A stretch of 64,000 nucleotides of DNA, taken from positions 97,092,001-97,156,000 of the forward strand of contig NC_043006.1 of assembly GCF_006345805.1 (NCBI RefSeq), written 5' to 3'. This DNA comes from Octopus sinensis. Taxonomy: Eukaryota. Shown in pieces: positions 52,587-64,000 of the stretch. Position numbers and translations under genes: made by a program. The notes beneath the pieces were generated by a model, which was not told where the DNA came from, did no database searches, and worked only from the letters and a program-made list of their open reading frames with translations. The stretch's first letter is position 1, and the number at the start of each line of letters is the position of its first letter.

Positions 52587-53162
52587 CAACACTAGCTAAA
52601 TTTTAATTTTTTCATATCTCTAGTTAGGAAGCGCTATTTATTTGCTTTTCTCCAAGCATTCAAAGGAAACGACTACTATTCCCTTTCAAACGTTGCTTTT
52701 GTGACTTGGTGACATCAATGTTTTGAACCAAACCTATTTTCCATTACATTTCAGACAGATTCAGTGCTGAGTTGCTGAAGCAGATGTACAGTAACTATTC
52801 TGCTCAATGACACAAATTTGCTTTGTCAGTTTGTTTGACTTTAACCACTTGTGCATGTCTCTCAGTGAGTGACAATATGTGCACCTCTAATCATGGGCAG
52901 GAGTAGTGGGGGACATCACAGCCATGTGTTGAGAGGGATTCTTTGGGGGCTTGAAAAAATGTAACGAAAGCAAAGCAATTTTTAATGCTTTCTACAGGTA
53001 AATATTCTGGGTGTGTGCCAGTGTGCGTCTGCCTTGACAACCTGTGACGGCAGTAAACAAGCGTCACCATAATATTGGATTATCCCATAAATAATGCATA
53101 TCTATGAATAGAATGCATGTATGTAAAGATGTATGCATGTATATGTGCAAGCATATGCATAT

Positions 53163-53543
53163 ACTCTTTTACTTGTTTCAGTCATTGGACTGCGGCCATG
53201 CTGGAGCACCGCCGTTAGTCGAGCAAATCGACCCCGGGACTTATTCTTTGTAAGCCCAGTACTTATTCTATCGGTCTCTTTTGCCGAACCGCTAAGTGAC
53301 GGGGACGTAAACACACCAGCATCGGTTGTCAAGCAATGCTAGGGGGACAAACGCAGACACACAAACATACACACACACACCCACATATATATATATACAT
53401 ATAAACGACAGGCTTCTTTCAGTTTCCGTCTACCAAATCCACTCACAAGGCATTGGTCGGCCCAAGGCTATAGCAGAAGACACTTGCCCAAGATGCCACG
53501 CAGTGGAACTGAACCCGGAACCAAGCTACTTACCACACAGCCA
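53163..53543 (-). mobile_element. CORE-type SINE
   Basis: Colinear with 7767-8167; small deletion in the head. Confidence 0.85.
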
Positions 53544-55329
53544 CATGAATGTTGAAGAGAAATGCAAGTGGATGCTGAAAAGTTCCTGGCTTTGGGCAAA
53601 AGACCTCATCACAGGTTCCCTCCAGAGATGAGCACTTCTTTACACAGCTGTCCTCATCCATCTCAATAACAGCTGCTACCCAAGGACAAAAGTACACAAT
53701 CTAACAAAGGCAGTGATTTACATTAAAAATAAATATGTTAATAATCTCATGTAGAGATAATAATACAGAAGACGCTTGCTTTTGTCAATGTGGAAAAAGT
53801 ATTTTTTTAGTAATATTTATTTGTAATTTTTATCAACTTTTCTTCATAAAAACTGAAGCAATTTTCCATATCACACCCACAGACACTTCTGTAAATTTGG
53901 TAATATTAAAGCATAAGAGATAGTTTGTAAACTGTCTTTGTTTTTTTTTTCCTTTCATTATTAATAAGCTAAATGTTTTTAACTGCCTCTCGTCACATGC
54001 CTTCAATTAGGAATTATATTTACAGCACATCTTGCTAAAGAAATTCAATAATGGATGGCTCCATCTTTACCAATTAGACAAATACTTGGCTTATGCTTTT
54101 CTTCATATCTCTTTGCTTCTAATTGTTACTTCAACAGATGTGTTGACGACTATGAAATAGCAAGTTCCATAGTAATGTCGTTAGCAGAAGTCAGTTAGTT
54201 TGGGTGGATGACACAGTTTCTATAAGAAAAAACACAAATATCTGCCACTAAAGCAGGTTTCAGAATGATTGGAAGAAGACAGGAATAGAATCTGATTATG
54301 AAGAACACACATTCTGCTAACAGAGCAGTGTCTGGAAGTGAATTCATTGTCAGTAAGGGAAGAAGAGAAAGCTCACTCTACAATTAAACCCAAGAACAGA
54401 CACAAATTCACACACATGTAGCATTTATGTGATTCTGGGACCAAGATCCGAATCACTGGCTATATTACTTCTGAGGGGGAATGGAGGTTTCCCAAAAGGA
54501 ATGCATTTATTTCATCTCTTTAGTAATAGTAATTATTATTCTAACTATAGGCACAAGGCCTGAAATTTGGGGGGAGTGGACTAGTCAATTACATCGATCC
54601 TCGTACGTAACCGGTACTTATTTCACTGACCCCAAAAGGAAGAAAGACAAAATTGGCCTCGGCAGAATTTGAACTCAGAATGTAGCGACAGGCAAAATAC
54701 CACTAAGCATTTCGTCCAGCATGCTAACGATTCTGCCAGCTCGCCGCCTTAACAATAGTAAATGCCCTGATACAGTACCGTGTAGTAGCTCTCAAGGCTT
54801 TTGATCTGAACTGATTGGAAGTGTTATCACGTACATGTTTTTGCCTTGGTGGCAAAGATGGGCAACAAAAAAGCATCTCTGATCACAAGTAGAAGTAGTG
54901 GTGGAGCATCAGTCATGTGCCGAGAGGAATTTTGGGGGTTTCATAATTCACTTCTGGAAACATAGGTCTTTCAATTCATCATCCTTAAACTAGGGAGAGC
55001 AGAGAGAGCAAAGAGAGGGAGAGTGGAGAGAGCAAAGAGAGGTTGAGTGGAGAGAGCAAAGAGAGGTTGAGTGGAGAGAGCGAGAGTGCGGAGAGAGAGG
55101 GAGAGCGCGGAGAGAGAGGTTGAGTGGAGACAGTGGGAAAGTGGAGAGGAAGGGAGAATGTCAGAGAAAAAGAGAAAGGGAGAATGAGAGAAAGCATTGT
55201 ATGTGCGTGTGGGTGATTTGCTACTGTATTAAATCTCATCCACCTTTTAAACTGAAAGGCAGAAAACTAGTCCCCTTCTAGCTTACATATACGAAAGGGT
55301 TCTGTAATGTTCCTGGTTTTAAGGGTATT

Positions 55330-55498
55330 GTGAAGGGCCTGGCTGGAGGACTGACCTGAGTTCTTTTACAGGGCTTAGAAATAACTGAAGGACTGCTGCA
55401 ATAAGTGTGAATCTGAGACGGGAATATGTTGAATAAAGTCATAATTAACTGATCCTCTTGTATTTTCTTTTACCCAAAGACAGGAACTTGTCAGCACC
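55330..55498 (+). mobile_element. Mariner-like element 3' end
   Basis: C-terminal remnant resembling KCVxLRGEYVE*; end reads GGGTGCTGACAAGTTCCTG on the minus strand. Confidence 0.5.
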
Positions 55499-56207
55499 CA
55501 CTTGCATTTCTCTTCAACATTCATGTATATGTCCATATGCATATACATGCACACATGAATATATGTATACATACATGCATATATTTACACACTATGTACT
55601 GAATTTTGCATTTCTTTACATTAGCAAACCTACAACAGTCAGATATCAAACTGATTGAGGCAAAGTTCAGATGTAAATAATAATAAAAAGACCCTTCATC
55701 ACCAAAAGATTCATACTTCAAATCATCATCATCATTTAGCGTCCGCTTTCCATGCTAGCATGGGTTGAACGGTTCAACTGGGGTCTGTGAAGCCAGAAGG
55801 CTGCATCAGGCCCAGTCTGATCTGGCAGTGTTTCTACAGCTGGATGCCCTTCCTAACGCCAACCACTCCGTGAGTGTAGTGGGTGCTTTTTACGTGCCAC
55901 CCGCACAGGTGCCAGACAAAGCTGGCAAACGGCCACGGACGGATGGTGCTTTTTACGTGCCACCAGCACGGGGGCCAGGCGAGGCTGGCAATGGCCACAA
56001 TCGGATGGTGCTTTTTACGTGCCACCGGCACGGGGGCCAGGCGAGGCTGGCAACAGCCACGAACGGATGGTGCTTTTACGTGCCACCAGCACAGGGGCCA
56101 GGCGAGGCTGGCAACAGCCACGAACGGATGGTGCTTTTACGTGCCACCGGCACTTCAAATGTCTCAACAAATTTATGAATTCAGAATTTATAAGCCAAAC
56201 TACTTAC

Positions 56208-56312
56208 TAGGATTAGCCATTTCTTCGGATTCTTGAACTAATTTCTCAATCAGTTTCTTTCCTTTCTCTATGTTCTCGTATGTTAACTGCAAGCTCTCAT
56301 GAGGGTGCGAAA
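56208..56312 (-). CDS. Orphan internal coding exon of an unidentified host gene (105 nt, phase 1-1)
   Basis: Acceptor TTTTTATTTCTTTGTGGTTTTCAG|, donor |GTAAGT; open frame xSHPHESLQLTYENIEKGKKLIEKLVQESEEMANP; non-repetitive. Confidence 0.6.
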
Positions 56313-56460
56313 CTGAAAACCACAAAGAAATAAAAACGTGTAAGTCTTCCCATTTACTTGTAAACAAAAAAAAAGGGACCAACAAAAAAGAAAAGTTTTA
56401 TAAATTAAAAAACAAAAGGAAAAGAGAAAACAACTTTAAAACATTTTTATAATGACTTAA

Positions 56461-56679
56461 CCCTTTGGTGTTTAAGCCGGCCATATCCGGCCCAAATATC
56501 CTACATGTTTTACATTCAAACTGGCCATATCCAGCCCCTCACACCTAACCTACATTGACATTCTAAGAATAAACTATCACACCATTGAAACTACAAAACT
56601 AAGATAATGTATGATTAATTCAAAACAATACAATTGATAAAAGTATTACATTTAACAGATTAATCTGAACACTAAAGGG
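56461..56679. mobile_element. piggyBac-type MITE
   Basis: TTAA|CCCTTTGGTGTTTAAG...CTGAACACTAAAGGG|TTAA. Confidence 0.85.
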
Positions 56680-57097
56680 TTAAGCACAAGCATGGCTGTG
56701 TGCTTGCGAACCATGTGGTTTTGGGCTTAGCCCCTGCATGTGGCACCCAAGCCAATCATCTACTACATACCTAGATTGATCAAAGCATTCTGAATAGGTC
56801 TAACAGATGGTAACCTAAAGAAATCCACTGTCTGGGCGTGTGCCAGTGTGTGCCTTTGTCTTGACAACCTGCGACAGCAGTAAACAAGCGTCACCATAAT
56901 ATTGGATCATCCCATAAATAATGCAATTCTTTTAATACATTTATCAAAACTGAGATGAAGTCTTTTTAATCTAAAATATACACTCCTCCGTTTTCTACAA
57001 CACTCTCCCATCTTATCTGGTAGACTTGCTAGACCCCTCTTCCAATTCCAAATTTCCGTGACGAAAAATACTTCTCCAATACTGTTCTGACCTTTCT

Positions 57098-57640
57098 CTC
57101 TCTTTTACTTGTTTCAGTCATTTGACTGCGGCCATGCTGGAGCACTGCCTTTAATCAAGCAACTCGACCCCAGGACTTATTCTTTGTAAGCCAAGTACTT
57201 ATTCTATCGGTCTCTTTTTGCAGAACCGCTAAGTGATGGGGACGTAAACACACCCCAGCATCGGTTGTCAAGCAAGCTAGGGGGACAAACACAGACACAC
57301 ATATATATATTATTATTATTATTACTATTTTCAGCTTCGCCTTGTATTGCATATTATTTCTCCATACAGGGGTTTTTTTCAATGGCGGCCCATTTTCGCG
57401 GGGTCCACTATTTCCCTTCTCTCTCTCCCTCTATTACGTTGTCTGCCATCCCCCCTCTTCTTTGCTAAGAGCATTTTTAAGCCAGCCCGTCATATTCCGT
57501 GTCAGGCCGAAGAACGAAATGTTCCCAAGATAAGAGAGTCTTTCTAATCTAATGTTGTGGTTGAGCTGTTTATTATTTATTATTATTACTATTATTAGTA
57601 GTATTAGTATTGTCCCTTTGATCCTCGGTCGAAAATTTGC

Positions 57641-57679
<39 letters not shown>

Positions 57680-58001
57680 TTACTATTTTCAGCTTCGCCT
57701 TGTATTGCATATTATTTCTCCATACAGGGGTTTTTTTCAATGGCGGCCCATTTTCGCGGGGTTCCACTATTTCCCTTCTCTCTCTCCCTCTTTTACGTTG
57801 TCTGCCATCCCCCCTCTTCCTTTGCTAAGAGCATTTTTAAGCCAGCCCGTCATATTCCCGTGTCAGGCCGAAGAACGAAATGTTCCCAAGATAAGAGAGT
57901 CTTTCTAATCTAATGTTGTGGTTGAGCTGTTTATTATTTATTATTATTACTATTATTAGTAGTATTAGTATTGTCCCTTTGATCCTCGGTCGAAAATTTG
58001 C

Positions 58002-58037
<36 letters not shown>

Positions 58038-59574
58038 TTACTATTTTCAGCTTCGCCTTGTATTGCATATTATTTCTCCATACAGGGGTTTTTTTCAATG
58101 GCGGCCCATTTTCGCGGGGTTCCACTATTTTCCTTCTCTCTCTCCCTCTTTTACGTTGTCTGCCATCCCCCCTCTTCCTTTGCTAGAGCATTTTTAAGCC
58201 AGCCCGTCATATTCCCGTGTCAGGCCGAAGAACGAAATGTTCCCAAGATAAGAGAGTCTTTCTAATCTAATGTTTGGTTGAGCTGTTTATTATTTATTAT
58301 TATTACTATTATTAGTAGTATTAGTATTGTCCCTTTGATCCTCGGTCGAAAATTTGCTTATTATTATTATTAGTATATTATTATTATTATTATTACTATT
58401 TTCAGCTTCGCCTTGTATTGCATATTATTTCTCCATACAGGGGTTTTTTTCAATGGCGGCCCATTTTCGCGGGGTTCCACTATTTCCCTTCTCTCTCTCC
58501 CTCTTTTACGTTGTCTGCCATCCCCCCTCTTCCTTTGCTAAGAGCATTTTTAAGCCAGCCCGTCATATTCCCGTGTCAGGCCGAAGAACGAAATGTTCCC
58601 AAGATAAGAGAGTCTTTCTAATCTAATGTTGTGGTTGAGCTGTTTATTATTTATTATTATTACTATTATTAGTAGTATTAGTATTGTCCCTTTGATCCTC
58701 GGTCGAAAATTGGCTTATTATTATTAGTAGTATTATTATTATATTATTACTATTTTCAGCTTCGCCTTGTATTGCATATTATTTCTCCATACAGGGGTTT
58801 TTTTCAATGGCGGCCCATTTTCGCGGGGTTCCACTATTTCCCTTCTCTCTCTCCCTCTTTTACGTTGTCTGCCATTCCCCCTCTTCCTTTGCTAAGAGCA
58901 TTTTTAAGCCAGCCCGTCATATTCCCGGTGCACCCGCCCTTGCCCACCCCCACCACCAATACCGGATATCTCTATATTTTTGCTCCATCTATACCGGATG
59001 TCGCTTCTCCCACCACCATTATAGGTGTCTACTCTTCGAACCCCCCTCTTCAATACGCTATTTCACCATGCATTACCCTCTCTTGATTATCCTACGTTCT
59101 ACTTGCCTAGAACCTGTCATCATTTCTCTGAACCACCCCTCCCCACTGGTGCTCCCCTATATTCCCCCCCCCCCCACATAAAAGCACCATCCGAACGTGG
59201 CCGATGCCAGACCCCTCTGGCACCTGTGCAGGTGGCACGTAAAAAACACCCACTACACTCGCGGAGTGGTTGGCGTTAGGAAGGGCATCCAGCTGTAGAA
59301 ACACTGCCAGACTAGACTGGAGCCTGGGGCAGTCCCTAGCTCCCCAGACCCCGGTCGAAACCGTCCAACCCGTGCTAGCGCGGAAAACGGACGTTAAACG
59401 ATGATGATGATACATATATACGACAGGCTTCTTTCAGTTTCCGTCTACCAAATCCACTCACAAGGCTTTGGTTGGCCCGAGGCTATAGTAGAAGACACTT
59501 GCCCAAGATGCCACGCAGTGGGACTGAACCCGGAACCATGTGGTTGGTTAGCAAGCTACTTACCACAGCCACTC
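57098..59574 (-). mobile_element. CORE-type SINE split at its central microsatellite (57098-57307 and 59412-59574)
   Basis: The two halves join into one family-length copy. Confidence 0.8.
57310..58926. repeat. Tandem array, ~4.5 units of 354-358 bp
   Basis: CAGCTTCGCC anchors at 57332, 57690, 58048, 58403, 58757; units nearly identical. Confidence 0.95.
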
Positions 59575-60759
59575 ACCCAAATGATTGTGGAGACAACAAT
59601 AAATGATAATCAAATGGGGGCAATGTCCAGCAGATATGGGGGTGGTGCATTGCTTCCCATTCAATTGCTCCAGCCTTTAAAATATCATCCTCACTGTATA
59701 TAGCCGAGCATTTTCCTGATGGAAGAACACCTTTCGTCTTGAAACCAAAGATGGTCGTTTTTCTTCTAGTGCTGACTAAAGCCACTCAAGCTGCTCGCAG
59801 AAGATCTCCTTTGTTATCGTTTGGTTTGGGTTTAAAAGTTCAAAAGTGGGTTTAAAAGTGGACCAAACCTTTCATATCCCACCAAACAAGTAACACCTTA
59901 CACGAGTGAAGACCTTATTTAGCATGAGGTGCCAGTGTTTCTCCTTTTCTTATGCACTGTCTTCAGCACTTTTTATAAAGAACTCATTTCTCATCACCAG
60001 TCATTATTTGGTCAAAAAAAGTCCATTTGAGAGACATGAGAACAAAGAACACACATTTACTCTGCATGCATTAGACTCAAAAGTTTGAGGAACTCACTGA
60101 CCCAATTTGCTGACTTTTCCGATGGTACGCAGGTGTTGATGAATGGTTTAATGACCAAATCCATGCTTCTCTCCTAGTTCCTCAATAGTTATGATGGGAT
60201 TTTGTTCCACTGGGTTTGCAAGACATCCTCGTCAAGTTCTACAGATCTTCCAGGGCGAGGCTCATCATTTAGGCTGCAGTTTCTGGCTCAGAATTTCTGG
60301 AACCACCGTTGACACTGACTTATGCTTATTGTCCGATCCCCATATACTGCATTAATATTTCTCACACTTTCCATTGTGATGTTGCCTTTATTGAACTCAT
60401 AAAGCAAAATAAGCTGAATATTGTCACTTTCATTATAGCTTTGAAAAAATAACTTAAAATCGAACTGCACTCTTCAAAACTTGCACTAGGAATAAGTACA
60501 AGGTAAAATTACTACATGCTTTTATAGCAAGTCAATGCAGGTGGTTTATCCCATGCCCCTCTGACTTTTAGTTCATGCAATTGAAAAAAAACTGCATTAT
60601 TTATGGGATGACCCAATACAGTCAATGTTGCTTTCCAATCTTTCATGGAGACATGTGCAGCCAAGATGAAAAGTTTGCATTACTTGAAAGTAGATGAGCG
60701 CTAACATCAGGGAGGGTCATAGAAAATCTACAACTGATTCTGTTCGATCCTGAAGGTAC

Positions 60760-61030
60760 AGGTGAGGCTGTGTGGTAAGAAGCTTGATCCCCAACCATAG
60801 CGCCTTGAGCTTTGTAAGCGGATTTGGTAGACGGAAACTGAAAGAAGCCCTACATGTGTGTATCGCCCCAAAACACCACTTGACAACCGGTGTTGTTGAG
60901 TTTATAGTTCGGCAAAAGAGACCAATAAAATAAGTACTAGGTTTTCAGAAAAAAAAAGTATGGGGTGGGAGTCATCATTTGACTAAAATTTAAGGCAGTG
61001 CCAAAGAAGTCCATTGACTGAAAGTAAAAA
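60760..61030 (+). mobile_element. CORE-type SINE, decayed
   Basis: GAGGCTGTGTGGTAAGAAGC head and family body. Confidence 0.7.
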
Positions 61031-61751
61031 AAAAAAAATGCAAAAAAGACCCATGCAGGCTTAATGATAATGATGATTTGGATATGAGAAGCATGAGACT
61101 CAAAGCAGAGAGCTGAGGGTTTTTGATCACTGCACAGGACCAAAGCCTCCACATCAGAAACAATATAATTAAGCAGAAACTGCAGAATATGAAAAGATGG
61201 AGAAGAAACAATTAACCACATATCTCTGGCTGCTCAGTTGTATCCAACAAGGAGTTTATCTACAGACAAGACAGAATTGAGACTAACACTGGAAGTAATG
61301 AAATACCAACAGAACAGAAACTGCACAGACACGTCCGAAGAAAGGCTTCCAAGAATGGCAAAGTAATCCTACTCTAGGACAGTGCTCCACAACTGGGATG
61401 CTGGGAAAAAACTGGTGTGCCACAAGATGAGGCTAGATGGGCTGCAGTGTAACCTGAATTTTGAAAAAGTTACCACAAGTGAAAAGAGGTTGCGGGGCAC
61501 TACTCTAGGATACGCCAGTACACAGACGGGGAAATCAAGGCTAATCAAGGAGATATTATTGTCAAGGACCAGCAGGAAATCCTATTTCACCTAATGGACA
61601 TATTAATCCCAACAGATGGAAATGTGTTGCTAACATTTTCATGATTTTGTCAATGGGCAGAACTTGTTGATGGAAGAAGTGAAGCTGAGGATATAGAATA
61701 GGTAGCCTGATGTTTCACATTATCCAGATATGTTAAAAATAAAAATAAATG

Positions 61752-61997
61752 CGCCCTTTTTAAAGCCTAGCCAGGCTCATGGGCCCGGTTTCCAGGTTTC
61801 AATGGCGTATGTGTTCTCTAGCTGGACGAGACGCCAGTTCATCGCAGCGTTACTTATTTTTGCCAGCTGAGTGGACTGGAGCAACGTGAAATGAAGTGTT
61901 TTGCTCAAGAACACAACACGTCACCCGGTCCAGGAATCGAAACCACAATCTTGCGATCATGATGCTGAGACCCTAACCACCATTCCACGTGCCTCCA
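61752..61997 (-). mobile_element. tRNA-derived CORE-like SINE, further family
   Basis: Minus strand GGTTTCGATTCC B box and GTGTTCTTGAGCAAAACACTT core-like block. Confidence 0.65.
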
Positions 61998-62346
61998 TAT
62001 CTATATATGTTATGTGCATTTAATTATTTTGAATGTATGATAAAGTCTTACTATAAAAGAGGGATTAGTGTTAGAGCTGGAGTCGGTGATTCCATAAATC
62101 TAGATATCAGATACATAGGTTTCTACAGTCCTGAATCAAGGATAGGAGAAAAGAGCATTATTACTACATTAATAGGGTCTAGGACAGATGAAAGACAATG
62201 CAGGCCTCACTAAGATCAGGATGCAAATGAATAAAACTGAAATAAAACTTTCCAACAATCTACTGCACTACTGCTTATAAAGCAATGACAGCAACAAGCT
62301 TTCATATTGGCACTTGGTCACATATTGGCAGAGCAGGTGGTATCAC

Positions 62347-62730
62347 TCTTTACTCTATTTTACTTGTTTTCAGTCATTTGACTGCGGCCATACTGGAGCA
62401 CCGCCTTTAGTCGAGCAAATCGACTCCAGGACTTATTCTTTGTAAGCCCAGTACTTATTCTATCGGTCTCTTTTGCCGAACCGCTAAGTGACAGGGACGT
62501 AAACACACCAGCATCGGTTGTCAAGCAATGCTAGGGGGACAAACACAGACACACATATATATATACATATATACGACAGGCTTCTTTCAGTTTCCGTCTA
62601 CCAAATCCACACACAAGGCATTGGTCGGCCCGGGGCTATAGCAGAAGACACTTGCCCAAGATGCCACGCAGTGGGACTGAACCCGCAACCATGTGGTTGG
62701 TTAGCAAGCTACTTACCGCACAGCCACTCA
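62347..62730 (-). mobile_element. CORE-type SINE, full length
   Basis: Colinear with 7767-8167. Confidence 0.85.
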
Positions 62731-63780
62731 CTGACTGAGTTAACTTTAGTATATTGTCTGAGAATTTAGTGACATAGATTGAAGTTAACTAATGGCCCCA
62801 CAACCACTCATTAACACACTCCAACAACTAACCCAGAGACAAGAGGTTTTTCTCACTGTTGTTGCTTCAGATATTACAGTGGCCATTGTTCTTTAAAACT
62901 GGTTAATTCTGTGTTGACTCCCGTCAGCATGCTAGATACACACTTCTCTAATTTTTCTTTCTTACCCAGCTGCTTAAGAGGAAAATAAACCCTTCCACAT
63001 TATTCTGTCAAAACTGATGCTTTTTTGTTCATTGTTTTGAATTAATTATGCATTATTTCGTAGGTTTGAGATTTTAATGAGCTAACCTAATTTTTAGAAT
63101 AATGAAGGGTTGGTGCATGAGGCCAGGCCTGGTGAATTTGGACATAAATATTTTGGCCAGAAACAGCCAGTTTTAATGGTATCTATCTCACCATCTCCAA
63201 GGTGAGAGCAACAGGCACATCACTGACCTCCAAGCCAAACTATTTCGGCCAAAGACCCTTTAACATTTAAACCAGCCATCTCTGGCCCAAATAATCTGTC
63301 TTATGTTTAAACTCCCTAACTATAACTTGCATGTATTTCTTGCCTTCATAGCCATCATTGTTGTGAATGTCAATGCATACAAACAGTGTCCTTTGCTACG
63401 TTCCATGAAAATAAGCCTGGTCTTGAGGAAATATTACCTTAGTTGGAAACCGGTCAGGGTTGGCAAACAGGAAAGGTTTCTGACCCCAACAAATTACACC
63501 CAGCCCATGTCAGAGTGGACTGTGAAACAATTATTATGATATAAAAGGTACAAAAGAATTGGTTTCAATGAATGTCTGTAGAATGCAGAAACTAATATAA
63601 CATCGGTGAAAAAATGAGGAATCACCACCTCTGGAAGAGAGAAAGAAATCTAAAATTGAAAGGTTTTATTGCACCAGAAGAGCAATAACCAATGAAAGCA
63701 TACACCAGAGACCAACTATTACTGTAGAGCAGGGCTCTGCAACCTTTTTTTTTACACTTGCAATACACTTTCTCTTTTTT

Positions 63781-64000
63781 CTTTTACTCTTTTGCTTGTT
63801 TCAGTCATTTGACTGCGGCCATGCTGGAGCACTGCCTTAGGTCGAGCAAATCGACCCCGGGACTTATTCTTTGTAAGCCCAGTACTTATTCTATCGGTCT
63901 CTTTTTTGCCGAGCCGCTAAGTGACGGGGACGTAAACACACCAGCATCGGTTGTCAAGCAATGCTAGGGGGGACAAACACAGACACACAAACACACACAC
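63781..64000 (-). mobile_element. CORE-type SINE, cut by the window edge
   Basis: Family tail. Confidence 0.85.

Larger units (their letters stand above)
56902..60616 (-). mobile_element. Mariner element split by nested insertions (pieces 56902-57092 and 59577-60616)
   Basis: Both TIRs with TA (TA|TTGGATCATCCC..., ...GGGATGACCCAA|TA); both pieces align colinearly to the 21575-22479 copy. Confidence 0.8.

Noticed and set aside
55005-55190. GA-rich 24-bp minisatellite and other short simple repeats (e.g. 14-bp RY unit at 1050-1135)
   Set aside because: Ordinary low-complexity sequence.

Overview
Repeat-saturated eukaryotic DNA, most likely an intronic or intergenic stretch of an octopod (Octopus-like) genome. 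This assignment is inferred from very abundant tRNA/CORE-type SINEs, RTE tails and giant (CATA)n/(TATC)n arrays. No complete host gene is visible. Almost all track ORFs are microsatellite artefacts, and one well-formed orphan exon lies on the minus strand (56208-56312). Main points: (1) a piggyBac transposase pseudogene is split at one codon position by a ~6.5-kb insert, which starts with an in-frame ankyrin-repeat exon fragment amplified into 17 tandem ~262-bp copies, each carrying a GTAAG donor and an in-frame SINE-derived AG; (2) about ten minimal type-I hammerhead-ribozyme motifs from at least five apparently unrelated sequence families, including a tRNA-headed, SINE-like element with a hammerhead in its tail; (3) two solo LTRs with identical termini, one with 8 tandem NRF1/GC-box/ETS-motif repeats; (4) nested mariner > SINE > tandem-array structures, plus Helitron, maT, hAT/piggyBac MITE, Penelope, RTE and RLE-LINE relics. 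All alignments and folds were done by eye; repeat boundaries are approximate unless TSDs are quoted.
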